Source of the DNA: Octopus sinensis
Taxonomy: Eukaryota
Direction: 5' to 3'
DNA length: 64,000 bases
Assembly: GCF_006345805.1 (NCBI RefSeq)
Contig: NC_043017.1
Span: 31,248,001-31,312,000, forward strand
Position numbers and translations under genes: made by a program
Notes under the pieces: model-generated
Database searches by the model: none
Told to the model about the DNA's origin: nothing
What the model saw: only the letters and a program-made list of their open reading frames with translations
In this document: piece after piece, positions 1 through 12,028 of the stretch
Layout: each line of letters starts with the position of its first letter
Numbering within the stretch: position 1 is the stretch's first letter

Positions 1-529
1 TTATAAACAGACTCAAAGCATCCCATACAATACACTTTCGACTATCCTTCTTTATTTTTCCTCCATACAAATTCTCTTCGTGTCTCTCCTCTCAATATTT
101 CCTTCACACTTGCATTAAAAAACTTTCTAATTTTCTTTTTTTATTTTTACTTTTTTTTGGTTATCTTATTAGCTTCAGTTGAAATATTTCACAAACCACA
201 ACACTCTATATTGCTGCTGCTGCTGCTGCTACCGCTGCTACCGTTGCTTTCTGCTAAAATTATGTTGAGACTGATCGTTGCAGGAGTGTCTTTGTATTTC
301 CTCACTACTGTTGTGAGTGATGATGATGATGGGTTAGGTGGAGTGGGGTGGCGGCGGAGCTGGATGTGGTTGTTCGATCGGGTGTCTGTTGTTAGTTTTG
401 TAACGATAACTGCAAACAATATCGTATCGTCACCATTAGCAACAGCCTCCTCATCAAATTTCATATTGTTATGCTGATTGATCATCGTCATTATCATTAA
501 CATCATCAACGTGAAATTCATCCATTCAT

Positions 530-692
530 TTTATTCATCATCATCATCATCATCATCATCATTATTATTATTATTGATATTATTATTATTATTGTTGTTG
601 TTGTTGTTGTTATCATCGTTATCATCAACATTATTATTATTAGTATTATTATTATCCTCATTATTGTTATTGTTATTAACATCATCATCATC

Positions 693-730
<38 letters not shown>

Positions 731-735
731 CATCA

Positions 736-777
<42 letters not shown>

Positions 778-873
778 TTATTATTATTATTTTTATTATT
801 ATTATTATTATCTTCATTATTATTTTTATTATTATTATCATTATTATAATTATCATTATCATTATTATTTTTA

Positions 874-904
<31 letters not shown>

Positions 905-912
905 TATTTTTA

Positions 913-943
<31 letters not shown>

Positions 944-945
944 TA

Positions 946-987
<42 letters not shown>

Positions 988-1141
988 GTATTGTTATTAT
1001 CACCATCATCATCATCATCAACATTATTATTAGTATTAGTATTATTATTATCCTCATTATTGTTATTGTTATTAACATCATCATCATCATCATCATCATC
1101 ACCATTATCATTGTTGTTGTTATACTTGTTGCTACCGTTGC

Positions 1142-1178
<37 letters not shown>

Positions 1179-1751
1179 CCTGTTGTTGTTGTTCTTATCC
1201 GCATCATCGTCTCCATCTCAAACACACTGAAACGATGCTGATACATAAATAGATAAGCATTGTTAATACGGATCATTATATTTGCCAGCCAAAGGATATT
1301 TTCTCACTTTAACAAAGATCTCGACCATAATTGTGTCTGCCTGTCTGTCTGTTTGTTTAGAAGTTTTCAGGTTTTTTCCCCCTTTATTTTTCCCCACCTC
1401 ATCATTGTTGTCAGTGTTGTAGCATTTTCGGTAATGCTACTATTACTACTACTACTACTACTACTACTAATAATAATAATAATAATAATATTAATAATGA
1501 TAATGATAATAATAATAATAATGATAATAATAATAATAAGGATAATAATAATAATAAAAAAAATGATAATAATAATAATAATAAAAATGATGATGATAAT
1601 AATAATAATGATAATAACAATAATAATAATAATGATAATAATAATAATAATGACGATGATGACAATAATAATAATATTAGTAATAATAATAATAATGATA
1701 ATAATAATAATAGTAATAATAATAATGATGATGATGATAATAATAATATGA

Positions 1752-1797
<46 letters not shown>

Positions 1798-1830
1798 TAA
1801 TATTAATAATAATAATAATAATAATAATGA
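530..1830. repeat. Compound (ATT/ATC/GTT)n tract (530-1200) and oppositely oriented (AAT/GAT)n tract (1435-1830)
   Basis: Direct reading. These explain the poly-L/I/N ORFs. Confidence 0.95.
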
Positions 1831-2070
1831 TACATCCACTAGTACTGACATAGCATCTCGTGCAGAGCATACTAAAACTTGCATGCAAGGTAGCAACATT
1901 TCTATTTCGGTTCTACAACTACGATACAAGGGACATGCAAATGTCTTCGTAATATATATATATGTATATATATACACATTTATAGAGGTGTATATACACA
2001 CATATATATATATATATATACATCCATATTATATAATATATATATGCTAAATGAAAGAATATATATACTT

Positions 2071-2111
<41 letters not shown>

Positions 2112-2328
2112 TATGCATATAAATATATAGATATATAACAGGGGGGTGTGTGTTTACATATGCAAGCATATGCGTATATTTATATTTACATATACATATT
2201 CATACATATTAGACATATACATACGTATGTATGTATAAATATATATATATAATTATTCATTCATATATATTGAACCACACACACTCATATACGTGCCTGC
2301 GTGTGAATATGTGTTGGTGTGTATTTAA

Positions 2329-2364
<36 letters not shown>

Positions 2365-2644
2365 CATACGCTGACACGAACATATGATATATGTATGTAT
2401 GCACACATCTTCATACACGACATATATTTAGTGCAACAATTCATATAACAATGAAAAGTAACTCGTATATGCCTTCGGTAAAACGATATAGAGTCTGTTT
2501 GTATTAGTGATATAACATAACTAAATATACATATATACATACACCCACACACATAAATATATATAAATATTCATATTATATGTGTATATATACATATGTA
2601 TATATGTACATATATATGTATATATATATATATGTATATATATT

Positions 2645-2717
<73 letters not shown>

Positions 2718-3213
2718 GTATATATATGCAGACGTACATACACATATGTCTGGATATTGTCTATTTCGCTTAGTTACAAAGTTATCATCGATTTTATATC
2801 ACAGAGTAGTGACGTATGTCAAACTTTTATAGTATTTGCCACACATTTCTACATTGCTCACCCAGACACAAGCACACATACTGAATGGAAGTGAAGCTAA
2901 AGATATTGTAAGTAAAATAGGTCTCTTTTTCCTGCAATTGATTAATAAGTTATTCAGACCGTTTTTCGCTCTAACTTTATTGCACAGTTAGAGAAGGCGC
3001 TAAGCGTAAGTTTACATTTTCTACAGACACACATACTTTCATGCATACATACAAACATACATACCTATATGTACGTATACATATAGGTATGTATGTGTGT
3101 ATGTATGTGCATATATCGATGGATATCTAGATCGACTGATAACGGGTGGATGAAACTGTGTTTAAGTAAAACACTTTAAGAAGATTTGCACACACACACA
3201 CACACATGATATA

Positions 3214-3607
3214 TCTTTATATATAAAAGTGAAGTTGTGTGTCTGTCTCCTACGATTTAGATTCCTAACTACTCCCACATTTTGCGGTGCAGTGTAACCA
3301 AGAGCGGGTATCTTATAGCCGTGATTCATATCGAGCCCTTCTAGGTATTAGCGCGCGTCTACGATAAGTCTACGATTTAAAAAAAAAATTACCATCATTT
3401 TTTCCCATTTTCAATGCATATTTTTGCTATTATATAAGGGAAGTAACTCTCTAAAAATGTATTATTAAATCTCAGAACGTAAAACACTACAGTAACACCC
3501 CCCTTTGTGGTTAGCCATATTGAGATGGCCATTATACTTTACAGCTCTAAAAATGCTTATATAGTTATTTCCCTTACAAACCCAAGCAACGCCGGGTGAT
3601 ATTGCTA

Positions 3608-3608
<1 letters not shown>
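3214..3608 (+). mobile_element. Non-autonomous Helitron
   Basis: 5' TC(TTTATATATAAAAG), subterminal hairpin CCCAAGCAACGCCGGG, 3' CTAG, inserted between A and T, no TSD. Confidence 0.8.
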
Positions 3609-3649
<41 letters not shown>

Positions 3650-4314
3650 TAAAGTATGTGGGAAAATTTCCAATGATTTCTAACCATCTTTGATTTATTT
3701 TTATATTTACAAAGAAGTTTCGTCCCTTATTGATAGTCTGTAGAACCAGCTTTAAGTCGTAATCAATGTTAGAAAGTAAGACTTCAGAAACTTGGGAAAA
3801 TGCTAAATGCTGAGATGGCCAAATTGCATTTTATGATAAAATATGTTTAGATTAGAGTAAATTTATTTTTATGTAAAGAATGTTTTTTTTAACTCCGCAA
3901 TATTAACTATTACAAGTGGAGTTTTTTCAGATCTTGACGCAACACTTCAAATATGACTTCCTTTTACATGAACCAGTTTTAAAACACATGCCACAGATTT
4001 TTAGTTTGTAATTCCAAATGTACGCACGCACATGTGCACATATACAGGTCTTTCCTCAAATAACTTCAATTGACTTCTTTTCCGAAATCAAGGTGACATG
4101 ATAATTGCATGTCTTTAATGTGATTTCTCAGGAAATTTAGAGACAAAAATGCCACATTTTTAAAAATACATTTTGCTCTACGTTCTGTTAAATGTGCTGA
4201 AATGATGACGAAAGCTTTCTTCACTAAAACGAGTGATAGTAGGTTCATATTTTAGGAAAAGGACAAGGATTTCTGAGGAGGTGTTAAGTGGGATATATTC
4301 ACATCCCGTATATT

Positions 4315-4440
4315 TGTTTTATTGACCCCCGAAAGGATAAAATGTAAAGACGACCTACGCAGAATTTGAACTCAAAACATGAAGACGGATGAAACGCTGC
4401 AAAGCATTTTGCCCGGCATGATAACGATTCCGCCAACTAA
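4315..4440 (-). mobile_element. Old SINE-A-related fragment (similar relics at ~5930-6080, 9240-9385, 34188-34300, 35975-36060)
   Basis: Diverged match to GACCCCGAAAGGATGAAAGGCAAAGTCGACCTCGGCGGAATTTGAACTC. Confidence 0.7.
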
Positions 4441-4714
4441 CTCTCAGCATACAGGTAGCCATCCAAATTTATTATATTGTTTCATTACAACACGATACCG
4501 GAAATTTTCACTACCTTTATAACGCAGTTTTTATTTATCGCTGACATAATATATTCGAAAAATAAGTAATCACTTCCTTCCTTGGTCACTGTGTGTTCGA
4601 TTTGCTCGCCAACAGCTCTGTCTACTTTAAAAGCAATTAGCAATGTGTATGCTAGCTAAAATATCTAGATATCCCGCGATGTATCCACTGGTAAATATCC
4701 AGTCATTTATTTAT

Positions 4715-5132
4715 GCGGCGAGCTAGCAGAAACGTTAGCACGCCGGGCGAAATGCTTAGCGGTATTTCGTCTGCGTTACGTTGTGAGTTCAAATTCCGCC
4801 GAGGTCGACTTTGCCTTTCATCCTTTCGGGGTCGATAAATTAAGTACCAGTTACGCACTGGGGTCGATGTAATCGACTTAATACCTATGTCTGTCCTTGT
4901 TTGTCCCCTCTGTGTTTAGCCCCTTGTGGGTAATAAATAAATAAATAGGTATTTCGTCTGCGTTACGTTGTGAGTTCAAATTCCGCCGAGGTCGACTTTG
5001 CCTTTCGTCCATTCAGGGTCGATAAATTAAGTACCAGTTACGAACTGGGGTCGATGTAATCGACTTAATACCTATGTCTATCCTTGTTTGTTCCCTCTGT
5101 GTTTAGCCCCTTGTGGGTAGTAAAGAAATAGG
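4715..5132 (+). mobile_element. SINE-A, head + 2 body units
   Basis: Head, B-box-like GAGTTCAAATTCC and tail. The second unit restarts at GTATTTCGTCTG (~4949). Confidence 0.9.
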
Positions 5133-5133
5133 T

Positions 5134-5290
5134 ATATTGCGAGTCAGTTGTTCGCATTCATTTAAGTCACAAATATATAAACTCATAGCCCAGACTACTG
5201 GATAAGTCTTTTAAAGACTTATCCAGTAGTCGGGGCTATGAGTTTATATATTTGTGACTTAAATGAATGCGAACAACTGACTCGCAATAT
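5134..5290. repeat. Near-perfect ~157-bp palindrome
   Basis: ATATTGCGAGTCAG...AAGTCTTT | AAAGACTT...CTGACTCGCAATAT. Confidence 0.93.
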
Positions 5291-7476
5291 CCTTCGCTTA
5301 GATGAACAAAAGCTAAATAAGATTCATCTTCTTTTAACACACACACACGCGCATGCACACACACACACTCACACACATACTCGCGCACACTCCCACACAA
5401 ACACACACACACAGAGGCATACACACATAGGGGCACGTACGCAAAAATACTTATATAATGAACCTACACACGGGTTATACCAAGAGTGGGCATACCTTTT
5501 TTATTAAGGGACATGTACTTTCATTCTTTGACTTGTTTCAGTTATTTGACTGCGGCCACGCTGGGGCACCGCCTTGAAGGGCTTTAATTCAAGCAAATTG
5601 ACTCGAGGACTTATACATTTAGTCTAGAACTTATTTTATCAGTCTTTTTGCCGTTAACTATTCCACTAGCTTCTTCTCAGCCATTATTATTCCATGCCTC
5701 ATCAAATCGCGGTCCCACGAACTCTTTCTTTGGTTGAAAAAATTGGAAGGGAAAGGCAAGGGATCTGGGAGGTAAGTATAAGCGATCTTAATGAGAATTA
5801 AATTTTTAATCATGAAGGTATGGAAAGTTCGACACCAGAATGGAAATAACTGGAAAATATAGAATTCAAAACGTATTTTCTAGAGGGGTTTCGGGACAAA
5901 TTTGGGAACAAGTCTGTAACTTCGATGCCTTTGTGCTTGATTGGTACTTTATTTTATCGATCCGAAGGGATAAAATCGAAGTTGACGTGAGCAGAATTTA
6001 AAACCAGGATATATTTAGTCGAAAGACATACGGCAAAGCATTTTGTCCGACTGTCTAAAGATTCTGCCTAGTCGCTAACTTCATTGTTCTGAAAGATATA
6101 CATGGAAATATTCTTTAGAATTATTTTTCGTTTTTGGATTTGGTGTGCAAGATTCTTTATATGAGTTCGTGTGTTGAAGCATGTTCTGTTGTGTCTGGCG
6201 AGAGTCATTTTCTTTTTGTGCCTCGGTAAAATTTCCACTTATTTTTCATTTTTATTTTCCTTAAATTTTCGTTGCGTCTTGCAACCTTTTCAATAGTCTT
6301 GATTCTCTTTAGAATTCATATTGTTTTAAGAGAATCGGGAAGAAAATGTCTATTCTAATATTTCAGAAAATGTCTATTCTAATATTAAGCCTTACAAGTT
6401 TCGAAATAAGCTTACAGACTTCTCAGTATTTTCACGAAAGGATCCGTACGTGTATGGAAAAGTGTCTTCTAAAATATGAAATATTCTATCAAAAGGCAAT
6501 ATTTATTGTTTCCATTAACAAATATAATTGGGCAAGCTTGTCATAAATTTTCATTCACATGCTTGAATGAGTAGATATGCTTATAAAGCATGCATTGAAT
6601 TTATATTCATTAAAATGTAAATACGACATTGTTAAAATACATGAAAGAGCTGGCTCTCTGAAAGCAGTCTCTGGGAATTAAATGTGTATGTGTGTATTTT
6701 ATATTTACATTTATGTTTTTATACATAAAATCAGTATTAACAAAAACATAAGTGGAGGAATAATAAAAAAGATACATATAAGATATAATGGATATCTTAG
6801 ATACGGTAATATCAAAGGAATATGCATATATTTGGTTTAATTCTAATGAACGTGTGATTTCCTAGTTGAGTGATAGGTATTTACTGATGTGTTACATTTC
6901 ATTGTTTCTCTGATCTTGTAATTAAGTGTAGGTCTAATGACAAAAGTCTATGTGGATATTTTCCCCTCAGAGATCAAACACGGCACACTTTGCCTCGGGC
7001 CTGAAATGTTCAATTATATATATTGAGGGAAAAGAAAATGGAGAAGCAAATGGATGTATGAATAATTTATTTGTATGTTATAAAATGTTAAAAATTTCTT
7101 TTAAAAAACATTACAGTACAAATAAAATGATTACAAGTGATAAAGCTCGAAAAAATAAAAGAACCTACATATATGTTTCAGTACTATCCCATAGTTGATA
7201 AGAAATTCTAAGCATTTGGTTAAATGCTAAAAAAAAGTATCATATTTTAAAAATAACTCCATTAGGGTTATTATGAGCTTATAGAACTTCGGTTATCATT
7301 TTTACTTTGAAGGATGCATATAGAGTATTAGTGTGTTTAAGAAGTTAAACGCTATATATAATAAGTGTATCTAAGAGGTAAGTTATAGATATTCATGAAT
7401 ATGCCATATATTAGTATCTATTAGTTTTATTTTTATGTATAATTTATTAAATTAGTTTTCTAATATATGTACTCTG

Positions 7477-8042
7477 TTAAAGTTCGTAAAGTTGTGGTTT
7501 GTACTTTTGTATAAAAATATTTACTTTGTTTATTAGTGTTTCATCTGTGGGAAGATCAGGAATTTGGGGGACTTATTTTTTGCACATATACCTGTGTCCA
7601 CTCAAGGGAATCTTTCTAGTACTGGGGTCGCGTATTTGTTGTTGATGAATGGTTATTCTATTTCTTAGAGTAAGCTCTGTTTTACCTATGTAATCTTCAT
7701 TACATCCATGACATTTGGTAGCGTATATTCAATTCCTTGAAGAACATGTCAAGTGATTTTTTTACGGTAAAATCTGTCCTGATTTGAATTCCTATGTTAT
7801 GTTCTCAATAAAGTTGATGCATGTCCTGCGGTTGGGGCGGCACCTCTTTTCCACTGTTGGTGTAGGAATTGTGGAAGGTAATTTAGCACTTGTGAGGAAT
7901 TTTTGGAGACACTTTGATTGTCTTTTACTATTGATTATTTTTGTGTATTTCGAATGCTTGTTTCATTCTTGGGTCTTGGTTTGGTAGTGGAATGTTCTGG
8001 TGGATATTATTGTAAACATTTGTGTTTCTTGGATTGGGTGTT
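7477..8042 (-). pseudogene. Penelope-like element ORF relic: linker + GIY-YIG endonuclease
   Basis: Manual minus-strand translation, with stops and frameshifts: ...IINSKRQSKCLQKFLTSAK...LTCSSRN*IYATKCHGCNEDYIGKTELTLRNRITIHQQQIR...FIQKYKPQL. Confidence 0.8.
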
Positions 8043-8590
8043 GTTAGCAAGTGTACTCAGCCACTTGCACGTTAATTTCACGAGGGGACTGTATTTTGTT
8101 GCTTGGATCAGCTGGGATACACGTCGTCGCAACCGACGGAGTACCATTGCAACGCCTGTGTATCTATGTAAGTAGGATTTGTTGCACATATGTATGAATT
8201 AACACATCGACAGCATTAAATGTGCCGCTTCTCAACTTTCATCTGATTGGTTTCAAAGGATGTAGGTCTCATATCAATAAACCAGCTTCGCAGAGAAGGA
8301 TATGCGCATTTAGCTGTTCATTAATTAATTTGGTGTGAATATCATAATCATTAGCACTATGATGACAACCAACACCACCACCACCACCGTCGTCGTCGTC
8401 GTCGTCATCATCATCGTTTACTCTTAAACTGCTATTAATGCCAGCATTGTTGCTATTATAAGCCTTATGATGATTGAATTATTAATACTTCACCGCATAT
8501 TGCCAGTCACTAATGCAAGCAAGACCATCGTCTCTTTCACCATGGCTTCCATCTCTATCATTGTAATTAACACCAATATGATCGCTTTAA

Positions 8591-8973
8591 GTGGAGGCGC
8601 AATGGCCCAGTGATTAGGGCAGCGGACTATCGGTCATAGAATCGCGGTTTCGATTCCCAGACCGGGCGATGTGAGTGTTTATTGAGCGAAAACACCTAAA
8701 GCTCCACGAGGCTCCGGCAGGGGATGGTGGTGATCCTTGCTGTACTCTTTCACCACAATTTTCTCTCACTCTTACTTCCTGTTTCTGTTGTACCTGTATT
8801 TCAAAGGGCCGGCCTTGTCACTCTCTGTGTCACGCTGAATATCCCCGAGAACTACGTTAAGGGTACACGTGTCTGTGGAGTGCTCAGCCACTTACACGTT
8901 AATTTCACGAGCAGGCTGTTCCGTTGATTCGGATCAACCGGAACCCTCGTCGTCGTAACCGACAGAGTGCTTC
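8591..8973 (+). mobile_element. SINE-C (tRNA-derived head)
   Basis: TGGCCCAGTGATTAGGGC A-box and GTTTCGATTCCC B-box. Ends CGTCGTAACCGAC(A/G)GAGTGCTTC. TCGCTTTAA is repeated on the flanks. Confidence 0.9.
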
Positions 8974-9177
8974 TATAGTCGCTTTAATAAACATATCTGT
9001 CATCAGCTTCATGATGATGGTGGTGGTGTTGATGATAACAATAACAACAAAAAGAACAATAATAAATATAATTCTCTCTAAGTCTATAGGTCTAAGTATT
9101 TATAAACCACCTTCGCAGACAAAGTTATGTACATTTAGCTATTCATTAATTAATTATCTGTGTGTGTGTGTGTGTGT

Positions 9178-9212
<35 letters not shown>

Positions 9213-9605
9213 GTGTACATATGCATGTATTTCAAGATACAAGGCCTGAAATATTGGGCAAGTCGATTACAGTGACCCCAGTACTCAACTGGTACTTATT
9301 TCGTTGGGCCCCGAAAAGATAAAAGAAAAAGTCAACCTCGGCGGAATTTGAACTCAGAACGTGAGGACGGCTTAAATGCTGCTAAATTCTAACTGGGCCC
9401 CACCTGGAAGGTCATGCGCTGTTTATCTTGATATGAGATCACCCTGTTGTGCGCATATGGTTGTGATGCATGTGCCTGGTGTACCCTTATCAGACGGGAA
9501 GTCATGATGGATGTATTGGGTTTCGCATATTTGTACCCCAGTGTCATTTTGATGGCATGCACTGCTCACTCACTAAATAATATAATAATAATAATAATAA
9601 TAATA

Positions 9606-9638
<33 letters not shown>

Positions 9639-9959
9639 TAATAACAAGAACAGCAGCAACAACAAGAGCACTCAGAGATCGCAAGCTTCCGCCATGGCAA
9701 CACCAACGACCTCGCAAAGATTAGCTGAAGATAATTTTAAAATCTTTTAAATGAGAATATCTGAAATAAATTCGACTCCTCTCACAAATGAGAATATTAT
9801 AAATGAACCCGACTGCTTTCAAATATTAAGTAAAAAAAGAAAACAAACGGAAATATAATCTAGAATTCTTGTCCAGTACTTGATCGATCCCAATGGAAGT
9901 CATGGAATGTAAAGGTGGGTGTGCTGACCGTGTTTGTAATACAGTGTGTGTGTCATCTG

Positions 9960-10148
9960 CAGTTGGAACAAGGACAGTTTTCTCTATGAAGGCCACTTTT
10001 AGTCTATCGACTGATATAGTGTCTTTACAACCATTAAGGTCTATAGGGAGAAATTTTTCCAAGCGTGAAAGAAAACGGAAAGGACCTGCATATGGTGCTA
10101 TTAACGGGATTTTAACAAGATCGTTGCGCACAGAAACGTGAGTCCATG
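9960..10148 (-). pseudogene. Gypsy/Ty3 integrase C-terminal relic
   Basis: THVSVRND...PLIAPYAGPF...TISVDRLK (GPY/F module). Confidence 0.75.
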
Positions 10149-10907
10149 AAAGCTTCCTTCAAGGCAAAGCTAGAAATGCAATTGTCAGGTCTCCAATTAG
10201 AAGCTTTTAATTTTAAGCGTGGTTGTTATTTAACAATTTGATAAAAGCTATTATCGAAATTTTTCGGTTGACAGTCCTTTGAAAATGACATCATCTAATG
10301 TATTCTATCATTTTAAAGATACGCCTGTGTGGTTCGAGGGTACTCTGGCTGCTCTTTCTTGCAAGTTAAATGCCCATGGATAATTTCCTTTCTTATTTTT
10401 TTATAAATATTGGAGATGGAGCGTCTAAGCCTGTTGCATCCATATCATCTCTTATATCTTGAAAAAAGATTCAAGTCAATATATCAATTAATCATTGTAT
10501 ACACTAGAAAAAGAAAAGGGTTAATCTTCAAAATATAACGAATTGCAACATGCCGAGAAATTAAGACTTTTTGAGATAATTTTAAATTAATTAATTTCAT
10601 AATTATGAGAACGCCGGACAAAAAGACGTACAGTATTTGTTCCGGCTCTTTTTCCCAACAGTTCAATTGCACACTAGGCATAACAACAACGTGAACTTCC
10701 AACCTGTTGTCTCTTGAGGTCTCTGGGTGAGACTTGGAGCCAACTTGTACAAATATAAAGCAAAAGTCAAACATATAAGTCATTTATGCTTTTCACACTT
10801 TCGTTGTTGATAACATTAAGCACAGAGACGTGTTAATCAATAAGCCGCCGCCTTATAGAATCGTCTCATTGTATTTAAACAATAAGCCCGGTTTCAGCAT
10901 GTTTGAA

Positions 10908-11293
10908 GGCGGCGAGCTGGCAGAAACGCTCGCGCGCCGGGCGTAATGCGTAGCCGTATTTCGTCTGTCGTTACGTTCCGAGTTCAAATTCCGCCGAGGT
11001 CGACTTTGCCTTTCATCCTTTCGGGGTCGATAAATTAAGTACCAGTTACGCACTGTGGTCGATGTAATCGACTTAATCCGTTTGTCTGTCCTCTCTGTGT
11101 TTAGCCCCTTGTGTGTAGTAAAGAAATAGGTATTTCGTCTGTCGTTACGTTCTGAGTTCAAATTCCGCCGAGGTCGACTTTGCCTTTCATCCTTTCGGGG
11201 TCGATAAATTAAGTACCAGTTACGCACTTAATCCGTTTGTCTGTCTTTGTTTGTCCTCTCTGGGTTTAGCCCCTTGTGGGTAGTAAAGAAATA
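10908..11293 (+). mobile_element. SINE-A, head + 2 body units, with TSD
   Basis: TSD GGTTTCAGCATGTTTGA at 10890-10906 and 11294-11310. The second unit restarts at ~11130 GTATTTCGTCTGTCG. Confidence 0.92.
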
Positions 11294-11434
11294 GGTTTCA
11301 GCATGTTTGATATATTTGGCCACAGAGCTTTCTTCGCTACACGGTTCTTTCTTTTTTTTTCGTTTGTTAATAAGTTACTAGAAACATTTCTATGGCGTGG
11401 AATTAAAATACTAGTCATTGCATAATGTAAAGAA

Positions 11435-11765
11435 CTCATTCGGTCATGAATGACCATGGGATTGCACCAAGAAAGTTACCCTCCTGGACACAAGTTCGGG
11501 CAAGGTTGTTTATGGAAGACCAGCAATCATCTATACATACCAGCCTCCCCTCTCTCCGCCACCAATGTTGAAAAAGGGAAAGGCAAAGACGCCTATGAGG
11601 CTCGGCATCAGCGTTACTGCAACTCATTTCTACAGCTGAGTGGACTGGAGCAACGTGAAATAAAGTGTCTTGCTCAAGAACACAACACTCAACCCAGTCC
11701 TGGAATCGAACTCAATACCTTATGATTGTGCGCTCAATGCTTTAACCACTGTACCATGCATCTTA
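11435..11765 (-). mobile_element. SINE with the same head/central domain as 44329-44628 but a different 3' tail
   Basis: tRNA-like head at ~11700-11765 and the shared central domain. The tail ends in a GGTCATTCATGACC stem-loop. Confidence 0.7.
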
Positions 11766-11801
11766 ATTGCTAATACATTACAAATGTTACTTTAGTGTAG
11801 G

Positions 11802-11864
11802 GGCAGCGAGCTGGCAGAAATGTTAGCACGCCGGGTGAAATGCGTAGCCGTATTTCGTCTGCCG
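11802..11864 (+). mobile_element. SINE-A 5' head (A-box side), host of the LINE insertion
   Basis: GGCAGCGAGCTGGCAGAAATGTTAGCACGCCGGGTGAAATGCGTAGCCGTATTTCGTCTGCCG matches the heads of the intact copies at 4715 and 10908. Confidence 0.9.
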
Positions 11865-12028
11865 CACATGTGTTCGTGAAGTAAGAATTGCTGTTTCGTG
11901 GTGTTAATATTGTTAACAACTGTTGTTTCTTGTTAAACTGTTGAATAACTTAACTGTTGGAGTTTTCAATTGAAAACACTTAGTGCTTGTGGTAGCACGC
12001 GTTGTTCATTCCCCCTTTGGGGGGAAGA

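Noticed and set aside
157-2894. Long ORFs rich in L/I/M/N/Y
   Set aside because: They are translations of tri- and dinucleotide microsatellites with no domain content. The same applies to YI/CV/HT-repeat ORFs throughout the window.
8591-8670. tRNA genes at SINE heads
   Set aside because: They have A/B boxes but no complete cloverleaf or terminator, and they continue into SINE bodies.
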